Shown piece by piece: positions 38,529 through 50,364 of a stretch of 64,000 nt of DNA (the first letter of the stretch is position 1; each line of letters begins with the position of its first letter). Both the position numbers and the translations under genes were made by a program. The DNA lies in contig JASCQW010000098.1 of assembly GCA_030264375.1 (NCBI GenBank), positions 45,154,745-45,218,744 of the forward strand, in the 5' to 3' direction. The notes beneath the pieces are model-generated. The model was not told the DNA's origin, made no database searches, and saw nothing but the letters and a program-made list of their open reading frames with translations. The DNA is from Carcharhinus longimanus. Its lineage: Eukaryota.

Positions 38529-39000
38529 GGTGGAGCAAAGGAGAGCCCAAATTTGGCAGCGTGGAAAACTGAAGCCACCAAAGAAGATACCATCTAAAAT
38601 CTTGGAAAAAAGTTACAGGCATTGTCTCCACAAATAGTTAAGTGACTAGACTGCCGCTCAGTGCCAAAAGAAAGTGAATGATTTGATGCATTCATGATGT
38701 GGAGATGCCAGCGTTGGACTGGGGTAAACACAGAAGTTTCACAATATCACGTTAAAGTCTAACGACGTTGTTTCAGGTGCAGATAGCATGACATGAATCC
38801 AGGATCCCAGTTGAGGCCGTCCTCGTGTGCAGAACTTGGCTGTCAGTTTCTGCTCAGAGATTCTGCTTTGTTCTATGTAACGAAGGCCATCTTGAAGATG
38901 AAGAAGCCTGAGACTCCGAAAGCTAATTCTGCCAAATAAACCTGTTGGACTTTAACCTGATGTTGTGAGACTTCTTACTGTTGATGCATTCAGCCAGGGT
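38529..39000 (+). pseudogene. Harbinger Myb/SANT-like ORF remnant split by a PLE insertion
   Basis: VEQRRAQIWQRGKLKPPKK...AAQCQKKVNDLMHS, continuing as AR after the insert. Confidence 0.7.
38695..38980. mobile_element. Penelope-like family A insertion with inverted termini
   Basis: Perfect 12-bp TSD TTGATGCATTCA at 38683-38694 and 38981-38992. Confidence 0.9.
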
Positions 39001-40259
39001 ATATAAAATATTATTGATGAAAAATTGGTATAACTTGAAAAACTTTTCCCGTCAAGGATTTCAGTCTGCATTGGGTGTGGTATGAACTAACCCAAGGCTC
39101 ATAAAAGCCAATAACAACGGACGTTCTTGAGCTATTATGATTAAATAACGCCAGTCCACGGGAGAAACATGCTCGAGAACTGCTGGGTCGCTCAAACCCA
39201 GAGCAGGTGGTGATGTGGATTTCAATCTTCACCAAGGTAAGAAAAAAGCCAATTAATCATATCAGAAAGAGGACTTCAACTTTTACAGAAGCCACGGTGA
39301 TAACACAGAATATGGCTGAATGTCACACAGCACCAGAAATACCTGCAGGCGATATAATGGAAGCCAGTATATCACAACACTGCAGCACTAAAGCTGTAGC
39401 AGAGGAGGGGGAAGCCATGTCGTAGAATTAGTTTTTTGATTCCAATAAGGATGTTCAGGGAGATTGAGTAATTCAGGAGCAGGTCACCTGTGATGACAGA
39501 GCTGTTGTATTGGAAGAACATTCACAGCCTTCTTCATTGGCAGAGGAAGATGTCACACATCCTCATCTTCAACTTCTTAAAGGCAATCAAAGTGATGAAC
39601 TGATTATTCATCAACTGTCTGAAATTGTAACTGGGATGACTGAACGTTATGACGTCAGTGCAAGCAGCCAAGATGTAACCTTGAATGATGTCTCACAGAA
39701 GCTCCAAAGAGTAAATAAAGACAATGCTCATTATATGCAGATTTTGGATGAGCTGCTGAGACAGCAAAATGAGCTGTCAGTCGACTATAAATAAAAAGTG
39801 CTGACACCTGCTGTTGCACCTTCTGGCCAGGAGGGTGCAGCAGCAGGCCACCTCTTTCAGAGACAGTTGCTGTTGAATAAAATGCAGTGCCATCACAGAT
39901 GCAGGAGGATATGTCACATGGACAGGGAAGGGTCTGGTGCCACACAGGAGGAATGAGGGTCCCTCTCTTCTTCCTCTATCTCAAATCACCCCCACTTCTT
40001 ATGCATGCCTTATGGTCCTGTGGAATGGTGTCATTAACTATGTTCTCAATGGGTATCCCTCGTGGCTCAGCAACCATCCTGTAATTCCTGGTAATGTTGT
40101 CATGGCCTTGTGGTTATCTGTATTTACACTGAGGATCTTAATTTGTGCATCACACACATTTAAAGAATTAAACCCCATCCTGTTGATGAAAGAATGTTAC
40201 CTTTTGGCACCTTCAATACAATGCGTGTTCCATCAGCAGCCCTGATTACTTTTAGGAAC

Positions 40260-40433
40260 TCAGTAAGAAGTCTCACAACACCAGGTTAAAGTCCAACAGG
40301 TTTATTTGGTAGCACAAGCCACTAGCTTTCGGANNNNNNNNNNNNNNNNNNNNNNNNNNNNNNNNNNNNNNNNNNNNNNNNNNNNNNNNNNNNNNNNNNN
40401 NNNNNNNNNNNNNNNNNNNNNNNNNNNNNNNNN
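40260..40433 (-). mobile_element. Penelope-like family A terminus, partly N
   Basis: AAGAAGTCTCACAACACCAGGTTAAAGTCCAACAGGTTTATTTGGTAGCACAAGCCACTAGCTTTCGGA. Confidence 0.85.
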
Positions 40434-40454
40434 TGCTGGCTCCATTGCTTCAGG

Positions 40455-40645
40455 AGGATGTTAAGATACCCTATGGAATTCCCATTGTTCTAATCAACAT
40501 TCTACCAACAACAACCATAATCAAAATTAGCTGTTTATTCATCTGATTGTGGAATCCTACTGTATACAAAATGGTTGCAACATACATCATAACAGCCACG
40601 GCAATTCCTTTATATGAGGGTTTTTGAGATGTTTCAGAGGCAAAA
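40455..40645 (+). mobile_element. Very old Deu-domain SINE remnant
   Basis: TTGTGGAATCCTACTGTATACAAAATGGTTGC resembles the Deu core at ~63100. Confidence 0.45.
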
Positions 40646-41269
40646 AAACAAATATTCAGAAGGACACAAAAATGGTATGCTGCTGTGATTACATTCTTTG
40701 TTATCCAAGCTCATTTTTCTGCATTATGATCCCTCTAGCTACATTGTTAAAATGGGGTTCTACTGGAAAATAGTTTGGAAAGTACTACTCTAATTTCTAT
40801 GATAGCTGTCAGGAAGCAAGCTTCCGCAGAAGTCCATATTCGTGCACCTTGAGGCTTGCCAGCCCTCCAGTCTTTGTTCAACTACTGTTACAGATGTGCA
40901 AATGGCCTCACCAGGTTTATTTATATCTGTAATAACTTTGGTTTGCCAAAATGTTCAGGTTAATCCGTAGTTGGGCTGGAGCCAGAGTTTATACTATGTT
41001 ACCAGAATCTGAAGATCAGCAGACTTGGCAGAAAGGTAGTTCCAGCACCAGAGTTTTTAATAGCTGAGTTTTTCTAAATTAGCAGCTAAATAGCAGCATT
41101 GTTATCAATTACTGCACTGAAATATTACAGATGCCTTTCTACATAAATAGGAGCTGCAAATATCAATGCATGTTCAGTTTTCAGAATGGAATTTTTAATA
41201 AAATTAAACATTTAAAATTCATTTTAACAAAGGGAACTGTAGTAGATTGAAGCATCTGTCTTCAGTGAA

Positions 41270-41288
41270 GCATCTCCATCTAGTGGAT
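41270..41288 (-). promoter_or_regulatory. Candidate CTCF site
   Basis: Minus strand CCACTAGATGGAGAT vs CTCF core CCACTAGATGGCGCT (2 mismatches); lies in non-repeat DNA. Confidence 0.3.
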
Positions 41289-41451
41289 TATCTGGGAAGT
41301 ACTTGATTTCACTTTTTTCATAGTTAAACTATAAACTTAATCACCTGCAATCAAACTTATTCACACTGAAAAGAAAGAGGTTGAACTTACACGAAGTCTT
41401 TTCATCACTTACTAGTACACAACTTGTATATTGCTAAAAAGAGAAACATGT

Positions 41452-41485
41452 TGCTAAAGCTTTTCACCTTACACTCATCAGGACA
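41452..41485 (-). ncRNA. Degenerate minimal type-I hammerhead ribozyme (PLE family C)
   Basis: TGTC-CTGATGA-GTGTAAGGT-GAAA-AGCT-TT-AGCA; the sister copy at ~29900 has AGCT-TC. Confidence 0.5.
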
Positions 41486-42619
41486 AATGCAAGGATGCCC
41501 AATTTCAAAAGATCACAACAATTTTTACTGGAGGAGAAAAGGGTGTTGACTGGTTGGCAAGTTGATTCTGATTGGCTGAGACTTTGCCATAAAGAAAGCA
41601 AAGGAGAACTATTAGCTCCTCGTGCTTTTAGGTAATTCAAAAATGATGCGAGGCTTGAACATATTCTTTACTATCTGCAGAGAATGGATACCTGCCTATG
41701 GCAAGTGTTAATGAGCCACATTATGAGCTCAAATTGGTTATTATTGTGTCTATTATTGCACTCAGAATTGTTCAGCAAGAGTCATATCTAACAGTAACTG
41801 TTTTGTTTTGGGTTTGCAAGCCCTGGTTGCGTACAGTCCATTACAGACAACCAGAGGAACATGTTTGCTTCAACTGCCAATCATTGGGACATACAGCCTA
41901 TGTCCTGGCATCGCATTAGTGCTGAAATTCATACATGATTTTGCTCAGCACAGCTTGACGAAGGAATAGAATTAATCACAGCAATTCTGCAGGATAATCG
42001 CTATTCTGGATGATCATTATTCACCATGTGTCACAAAAACTTGCAAATTGGCCAGTCTTTCAGACCTTTACTCTTTTGGACTGAAAAGTGCTCAGTCTCC
42101 TTCAAATTACCCTGGAAAAGCCAAATATCTCAAAAATTTGAAGAAGTTAAACTAGCCATTCTTTGTGACTATTATGCAGTGGTGACCCAAAAGATTGTTT
42201 CCACTAACAGGATGCAGTTATCAAACCAAAAAGACATTCTGCCGACTAGCAATATGACTTTGAGCAATATCATATATGAATTTCAGTGCTAGTACAATAT
42301 CAAGTACGAAGGCTATACATCTAAACAATTGGCAAATTAAATCAAACATGTTACTCTGGTTGTTCATAATAGCAAAGTACAGACTGTATGTAACCAACAT
42401 GGGCTTGCAAAACTCAAAACAAAACATCTACTTAGCTACACTTCTGCAATTGGCAGCGCTTACTGAACAATCCTGAGTGTGCTAATATAGCCACACTAAC
42501 AAGCAATTGAAGATAATCAGTCGAGTTTGTAATGCAACTAATTCACACTTGCTAGCAGTGACATACATTCATACACCTGTACCTCAGACAAAAATAATAT
42601 GTCAAAGCCCTGCACCTGG

Positions 42620-42897
42620 GCAGCACTGCTGCCTCACAGCACCAGGGCCCCGGTTCAATTCTCGCCTTGGGTCACTGTTTGTGTGGAGTTTGCACGTTCT
42701 CCCTTTTTCTGCATGGGTTTCCTCCGGGTGCTCTGGTTTTCTCCCACACTCTGAAAGACGTTCCGATAAGGTGCATTGGCCATGCTAGAATTCTCCCTTA
42801 TTTTACCCGAACAGCGCCACAGTGTGGCAATTAGGGAATTTTCACAGTAACTTCATTGCAGTATTAACGTAAGCCTACTTGTGACACTAAAAAAAAA
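42620..42897 (+). mobile_element. V-SINE with non-CR1 tail, nested in the PLE
   Basis: GCACTGCTGCCTCACAGCACCAGGG...GTGGAGTTTGCACGTTCTCC...CTTGTGACACTAAAA. Confidence 0.9.
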
Positions 42898-43014
42898 TAG
42901 TTTTTTTGAATTGCCTGGGAGCTTGGGAAGCCTTTGGAACCCATTTGCTATATCCATGACAATGCCTCAGCCAACCAGAGGTGACTTGCTAACCAATTAG
43001 CGCTCATTATTTCC

Positions 43015-43685
43015 TGTGCAGCCTGGTCAACTCTGCAAAGTCTTCCTTACTAACATCTGATGCCAAATTTGAGATTAGTCAATTAGATTAGCCTGACATA
43101 GTCACACTCACTGAATCATACCTTCCAGATAATGCCCCAGACACCAACATCATTATCCCTGCATATGATCTGATGAAGGAGCAGCACTCCAAAAGCTAGT
43201 GGCGTTTGCTACAAAATAAACCTGTTGGACTTTAACCTGATGTTATGAGACTTCTTACTATGATCTGTCTCACAGGGTGGACAGACCTAGCAGAGGTGGC
43301 GGCACACTGGTATACAATTGGGAAGGAGTTGCCCTGGGAATTCTCAGCGTAGAATCTGGACAACATGAAATTTGATGACATCAAGTCAAACGTGGACAAG
43401 AAACCTCCTGCTGAATACTTCTGCAGCCCTCACCCTCTCAGCTGATGAATTAATACTCCTCCATGTTGAATACCAATTGGACGAAACACTGAATGTGGCA
43501 AGGGCACAGAATGTACTCTGAGTGGGGACTTCAATGTTATCACCAAGACTGGCTCAGTAGCACCACCACAGACTAATGTGGCCAAATCCGAAAGGACTTA
43601 ACTGTTTGAATAGGTCTTTGGCAGGTATTGAAAGAACCACTGAGAGGGAAAAACATACTTGACCTCATTCTCACAAATCTAGCTA
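43015..43685 (+). mobile_element. Crack-like LINE endonuclease region
   Basis: PDIVTLTESYL, DRPSRGGGTLVY, VGDFNV, GKNILDLILTNL. Confidence 0.85.
43170..43258 (+). mobile_element. Minimal PLE family A insertion (hammerhead plus terminus)
   Basis: CTGATGAAGGAGCAGCACTCCAAAAGCTAGTGG...GAGACTTCTTAC; 9-bp TSD TATGATCTG at 43164-43172 and 43259-43267. Confidence 0.85.
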
Positions 43686-44244
43686 GGCTGGAAATCATTT
43701 GGGCCCACTTTCTTGCATTAATGTTAATATCTTACTTAATGATTTAAACATCATCCAGGAGGCTCCCCCTGACTCTACACTGTGTACTTTGATTTTTTGA
43801 TAACCTATTCCATTCTGTGTTGAGTTTTAATCCAGTTGTCTCTGACTGGGCATTCAGATTTTTGGCTATTTCCCCTGGTCTTTACATGGTCATCCCACAC
43901 TTGCAATGCTATTTCAATTTCAATCACCATTACAAAGCAAAAGCATGTGCATCATTGAGAAATAGAAGTTGGGAGAGGATGGAAAAGATTATGGAACCAA
44001 GCTAGAAAATTTTGGAACACAGATCAGCCATGGTCTAACTGAATGGTGAAACAGACTCATGGAATAGATATTCTACTCATGTTCCTATAATCCTAGCCAG
44101 AGATTGTCTCCTTCCACTCTCTGGATGTTTAAATTTAGGAAAATAGCAACATTAGGAACAGGAGTATGCCATTTAGCTTGCTTCTCCATTCAATGAATTA
44201 ATAGCTCACCTGTATCACAACTTTATTTTATCTATTCTTCCACA

Positions 44245-45230
44245 GGATGTAGGTTTCACTGGCTAGGCCAACATCCCCAATTGCCCTTGAGAAGGTGGTG
44301 TTGAACTGCTGCAGTGCACCTGGTGCAGGTATATGTATAGTGCTGTTAAGATAATGAGTTCTAGGATTCTAATCCAACAATGAAGGAACAGCAATATAGT
44401 TGCAGTTCAGAATTGTGTGTGGCTTGGTCAGGAATTTGAAGGTGTTGGTGTTCCTGTAATTCTACTGTCCTTGTCCTTCTAGGTAATAGAGGTGGCAGGT
44501 TTAGAAGTTGCTGTTGAAGGAACCTGGGTGAATTGCTGCGATGCAACATGTATATAGTGCACACTGCTACCATTTTGCACTGGTGATAGGAGTGAATTTT
44601 TAAGAAATTGACTTGGGTGCCAATCGAGCATCTGCTTTGTCCTACAAAGTGTTGAGCTTCTTGAATGTTGTTGGAGCTGCACTTATCCAGGCAAGTGAAG
44701 ATTATTCCATCACACTCCTAACTTGTGCCTTATTGATGGTGGACAGGCTTTTGAGAGTCAGGAGGTAGTTGCTCACTTCAGAATTCCCAATCTCTGAACA
44801 GCTCTTGTAGCCAGAGTATTTATATGGCTAGTCTAGTTCAGTTTCTAGTTAACAGTAACCCTCAGTATGTTAATAGTGGGGGATTCAGAAACGGTAATGC
44901 CATTGAATATCAAGGAGAGATGGTTAGATTTTCTCTTGTTGAATGTGGTCTTTGCTTGGTATATGTGCTGCACAAATGTTACTTATCACTTTGTCCAAGA
45001 TTGAATGTTGTCCAAGCCTTGCTGCATATGGGCATGGACCGCTTCAGTATCTGAGGAGTTGGAAATGCTGTGAAAGTTGTGTAACCATCAGTGAACATCC
45101 CCACTTCTGACTTTACCATGGAGGGAAGGTCACTGATGAAGCAGCTGAAGATGGTTAGGCTGAGGACACCACCATGAGGAACTACTACAGTGATGACTTG
45201 GTCCTGAGATAATTGACTTCCAACAGGTAG
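44245..45230 (-). mobile_element. Crack-like LINE RT and 3' end
   Basis: VPHGGVLSLTIFSCFISDLPSMVKSEVGMFTDG (ORF 44979). Confidence 0.9.
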
Positions 45231-45623
45231 ATGCCAGTATTTTAACCTCATTTGCTCCATATTTCTTGATTTCTATACCTAATAAAAACATATTTAATTC
45301 TGTCTTGAAAGATGCAATTAGTCCCCAATGTTTTTATGGAAAAGGAAGTCTAAATTTCACTCTTGAAAAGCTTACCTTTAAAATGATATCGCTTCCTTCC
45401 TAATTACTCTAGCAGAGGAAATAACTCAATTTCTACCCTATCAATTATGTTTTAAACACTTTGATCACATCACCCTTCAATATCTTACATGCAAGGGTGT
45501 AAGATTAGTCTAAATAATCCGTCCACATAACTCAACACTCTTACGTTCCATTCTGGTGAATCGCGGGTCTCAAGCTTCTAACGTTTGAAAGTGAGTTTAC
45601 ATTGCCCATGCATATATCCAAGA

Positions 45624-45930
45624 AAGAAGCCACACAACACCAGGTTAAAGTCCAACAGGTTTATTTGGTAGCACAAGCCACTAGCTTTCGGAGCGCTGCC
45701 CCTTCATCAGATAAATGGGACTTCTATTCACAAACAGGGCATATAAAGACAAACTCAATTTACAAAATAATGGTTGGAATGCAAGTCTTTACAGGTAATC
45801 AAATCTTAAAAAGTACAGATAATGTGAATGGAGACAGGGTTAAGCACAGGTTAAAGAGGTGGGTACTGTCTCCAGCCAGGACAGTTAGTGAGATTTTGCA
45901 AGCCCAGGCAAATCATGGGGGTTACAGATA
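45624..45930 (-). mobile_element. Young Penelope-like family A 3' region
   Basis: Near-identical to 40260 over the shared part; carries an intact hammerhead core. Confidence 0.9.
45678..45713 (-). ncRNA. Minimal type-I hammerhead ribozyme motif, intact core
   Basis: TAT-CTGATGA-A-GGGGC-AGC-GCTCC-GAAA-GC-TA-GTGG: conserved CUGAUGA/GAAA/UH, 5-bp helix II, palindromic AGCU in place of helix III. Confidence 0.7.
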
Positions 45931-46355
45931 CATCATGGCTACTTTTAGGAAACCAACAATCATATGGAATGCAATTGATCTCTCCTTCATCTTCACATGG
46001 CATGTGTCAAAAATAATAAGCTCAGAAGCCCTAGAATAAGTCACATCGGTTACCTGATGAATGCAGATCCTCATAGCATTCTGTGAAATGTCACAAATAT
46101 CACTGATGCCATGTTTAAAAGGACCCAGACACACATACATTCAGCGCTCTCGGCGAGTTTCATCTCCACTGCTAAGGCAGTGCAACAATTAAGAGTCTGG
46201 TTTCAAGTCTTCCTTCAACATTTCACAAAGGCATCTCATTGCTTCCTCACTGAAGCAATCTCCTCTGACATCATTTCATATGATGTCCTTTGCCTGTACA
46301 CACTCATGATTCATTTCCTCATGAGGCAAACAGTTGTTAGCGTAATATTAAATAT

Positions 46356-46560
46356 GGGGCAGGATTTTCCAGACAATCCGCAGCATGTTTCATCCCCGCG
46401 GAAGTAGACCACCACTGAGCCGCAGGAGGATCTTCTGCTTCTGTCTTTGTCAACGTTTCCCATTGAATACATCCCTTTCCACCAGGAAACCTGCAGCAGG
46501 GGTGCAATGTCAGTGGGACTGGAAGATCCCACTGCTGTAAATGGCCAGAAAATTCTGGCC
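46356..46560. mobile_element. Palindromic MITE, copy 4
   Basis: GGGCAGGATTTTCC...AGAAAATTCTGGCC; opposite orientation to copy 3. Confidence 0.75.
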
Positions 46561-47199
46561 ATAGTTTGCCAACAGTATCTCATCACATCCAGCTTTATCT
46601 GCAAATTTAGGACTACAACTCCCACATCCTAAAACTAAAGATACAGGAACAGATGACTAAACATGAGCACAATGGATGGAAGGAGCTGCAAGGGAACTGA
46701 CTACTGGAAAAGAGCAGCATGAGAAAATCTCCAATCCAACCTCAGAAGAAATAACAGCAAAAGAAAAAGAATTAAAAAGTCCTACCTCTGCTGGAGTGCT
46801 TCAACCTAATGGAACATCTGGATTAAGCCAAGAAATGGTAGAACTTATGTCAGAAGCTTCCAAGTAAAGAACTGCATTAAGACTGGTAGTAAAAACAATC
46901 GAAGAGCATGTCAGTACCTTACTATGTGCCATCGGCAGTGGTGCATATGATGCTATAGTCTGAAGGGCATAAACGAAAACACAGCATCATGTGAAGTATT
47001 AAAGCCTTGAATGTTTAGTTACATCGTCACAAAAACACCATCATTGAACAAGCAAAATTTAATACACGCACCCAGACTGGAAAAAGCATAGGTTCTTTTA
47101 TTAATAAGCAATATCGATTATAGAAAATTATAAACATGGTGCTCTGAAGGATGTATTAGAGATCAAGTATCATGAGAGTTTTAGAAGATACACTCTCCA

Positions 47200-47798
47200 G
47201 TTTTTTTTATTCACTCGTGGGACATAAGAACATAAGAAATAGGAGCAGGAGTAGGCCATCTGGCCCTTCGAGCCTGCCCCGCCATTCAATAAGATNNNNN
47301 NNNNNNNNNNNNNNNNNNNNNNNNNNNNNNNNNNNNNNNNNNNNNNNNNNNNNNNNNNNNNNNNNNNNNNNNNNNNNNNNNNNNNNNNNNNNNNNAAGGC
47401 CACATCCACCGGCTCTCCTCTATCCACCGCCCTAGACACATCCTCATAGAACTCCAGTAAATTTGTCAGACATAGGTGTCACTGGCTGGCCGGCATTTAT
47501 TGCCCATCCCTAGTTAGCCAGGGACAGTTCAGAGTCAACCACATTGCCGTGGATCCAGACCCACATGTAGGTCAGACCAGATAAGGACAACGGATTTTCT
47601 TCCTGAAAGGACATTAGTTTTTCTGACAATCGACAATGGCTTCATGGTCACCAGTAGATTCTTAATTCCAGATTTTTTTTCATTGAATTTAAATTCCACC
47701 AGCTGCTGTGGCGAGATTCGAACCCGGGTTCCCAGAACATTAGCTGAATTTCTGGATTAATAATCTAGTGATAATACCATGAGTGCATCACCTCCCCT
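47200..47798 (-). mobile_element. tRNA SINE (Crack-like tail) in Gypsy gag, itself interrupted by young CR1 sequence at ~47227-47468
   Basis: Family match to 3947; GACATA is duplicated on both sides of the CR1 piece. Confidence 0.85.
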
Positions 47799-49524
47799 TA
47801 AAGTCACAGAACGTTTGATCCTATGGAAAGCAATACAGACAGTGAGGCAAGCAGGAGAGAAAGGAAAACAAGTTTTACGCAAGGCAACAAAGGAATCTCA
47901 TGGAGAAAACAGGCTGGTAAAGTCCAGTTTATAGCAAAAAATCAATGCAGTGTGCTTAGCCCCAAAAAGAGAAAAACAGAAAAGGGCACAGTAGTTTTTA
48001 TTATCCAGCTCCTTTATTCAGTGTTTTCGTTGTGATGGGGAATGATTGCATTTGCTTGCAAAAAAAAGAGGCCATTTTTAATCTGTTTGCCACAGCAAAC
48101 AGCTTTCAACTGAACAAGTAAAAGAGGAACAGGCAAAACCACATTCCATTCAGGGAGATTCAAGGTAATGAAGAAGAAAATAAACCAAAAGTACCATTCT
48201 TGGGACAAGTCACAGGATTAAGTAGAAGGTATTGGAGTGTAGATATTATGGTCAACTAACAGAAAACAAACTTCAAGTTAAATATTTAATCAGGCATTTC
48301 AATTTTGTCAGAGAATTTGTTAAAAGCAGGGATACTCTAGCCATCAACAATAACACTCCAGGGTCCAGGAGGGATTCAGCTGAAAGACAGTTGACCACAA
48401 AACTCCAAACTAAAGCAAATCATAGAAACCTTGTATGTTATTACAATCAAAAATGCCCACTTATAAGCCTGAAAGATTGCACAGATTTACAACCCATTTA
48501 CAAACTCAATGAACTAAGATTCTCAGAAAAAAGCAACAGCATATATGGCAGAATTCCAAAAGCTCGTCAGAGATCAGGGGAAGCTAAAAACAGCCTACTG
48601 CATCACATTGAGACCAGATTCAAAACCAATGTATTTGTCTCCTCAAGGAAGTTCCCACACCTACTTTTTAAAGATGATGAAACAAGAAACGGTACCCACG
48701 CTGCACCAGGGAGTCATCTCACCTATTACCAAACGCACAAATTGAGGCAAGGGTTCCTGTGCCAAAACCAAGTGACTCAATACACATGTTTTGTCCTCAT
48801 ACAGCTAAATAAGGCAGTGAAAAAGGGAGATTCACCCAATGGCAACTGTGGATGAGAATTTGGCAAAGCTGTCAAAAGTTTATTTTTTACAAAGTTGGAT
48901 AGCAATAGGGCTTCTGGCAACTAGTTGTGGATGAGGAATCCATGTTACTAACTACATTTATCACACCCTTTGGGACAGGTTATTTTAATCACCTACCTTT
49001 TAGGATCAATTTCCAAGGAACAATGCCAGCCATTTTGTACAAATTAGAAGGGGTCATTTGTCACATGGAAACCATCCTGATCCACAGATCCACCGCACAG
49101 AAACATGATACTATAGTCAGAGCAGCACTGCAATATCTGGAAGATACAGAGCCAACTTACAACAGTAAATAGGGGTTTTCACATACCACCATAAATTATT
49201 GGGACATATCATTCAAACATCAGGATTGATCCCCAAAAGGCCAAGACAATCAATCACTGTCCATCACTCAGCAAAATTATGGAGCTCAAACTCTTCACAA
49301 GAAGGATCAATCAGGCAATGTGTTCCTCCCTAATTTGACACGTGAAGGAACCAGATAAAAACAAGCACAGAACTTCAAAAACATGCTTCTTTCATGAGAC
49401 ACACTACAACCCAGAACTGTCCACGATGGTTGCTTCAGATGTATTAGAAACCAGACTCAGATATTCCAGATCCCCATAGACTTGGATGGATCTGTATATT
49501 AGGATCTAGGTCATTATCCATCAG

Positions 49525-49735
49525 TCCATTAGCTAAGTGGCTGGAAAGCTGGTTTGTGATGCACAGCAATGCCAACAGCACAGGTTTAATTCCTATACCC
49601 ACTGAGGTTATTCCTGAAAGACCACTTGCCAGAGGTTTGGTGAACCTCAGATTAAATCACCACCAGTCAGCTCTCCCCTCAAAAGGGGAAAGTAGTTTCT
49701 GGTCATCTGGGACTGTGACAACTTTACCTTTACCA
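49525..49735 (+). mobile_element. tRNA-derived SINE (third type)
   Basis: TTAGCTAAGTGGCTGG A-box, GGTTTAATTCC B-box, CTTTAC tail; homologous to 30290. Confidence 0.8.
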
Positions 49736-49744
49736 TTAATCAAA

Positions 49745-50364
49745 TCATTATTCAACACCAACATTCCTACGAAACCCATCTCCAAACTCTGCGGCCTGAG
49801 GCTCGGCTCCTCCCACTGCAACTGGATCCCAGGATTTCCTAACCCACAGACCACAGTAAGGATAGGCAACAACACCTCCTCCACAATCATCCTCAACACT
49901 GGTGCCCGCAAGGCTGTGTCCTCGGCCCATTACTATATTCCTTAGATATCTACAACTGTGTGTCTAAATTCCCCTCCAACTTGATTTTCAAGTTTGCTGA
50001 TGACACCACCGTCACATGGGTCGGATCTCAAAGAATGATGAGACTGCGTACAGGAAAGAGATAGAGAATCTGGTAAACTGGTGCGTCGACAATAATCTCT
50101 CCTTCAGTGTCAACAAAATGAAGGAGAAAGTCATCAACTTCAGGAAGCTTAGTGGAGGACATGCCCCTGGCGACAAAGTAGAAATGGTCGCGAGCTTCAG
50201 GTTCTTAGGCATCCAGATCACCAACAATCTGCCCTGGCCCCTCCATGCTGACGGTATAGTTAGGAAAGCCCACCAATGCCTCTATTTTCTCAGGAGGCTA
50301 AGGAAATTTGGCATATCCACTATGCCTCTCATCAGCTTTTACAGATGCACCATAGGAAGCATTC
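49745..50364 (+). mobile_element. Rex1/Babar-clade LINE RT fragment
   Basis: LNTGA..GCVLGPLLYS, FKFADDTTV, GRISKNDETAYRKEIENLVNWCVDNNL, LYFLRRLRKFG. Confidence 0.9.

Larger units (their letters stand above)
41437..43010. mobile_element. Penelope-like family C remnant with inverted terminal portions
   Basis: Plus strand FKLPWKSQISQKFE...QKDILPT...SNIIYEFQC (ORF 42026); 41565-41610 is inverted against 42945-43005. Confidence 0.8.

Noticed and set aside
48232-48855. 207-aa ORF as a novel or domesticated gene
   Set aside because: Frameshifted mosaic of Gypsy protease/RT; only short stretches are in the pol frame and catalytic motifs are destroyed.
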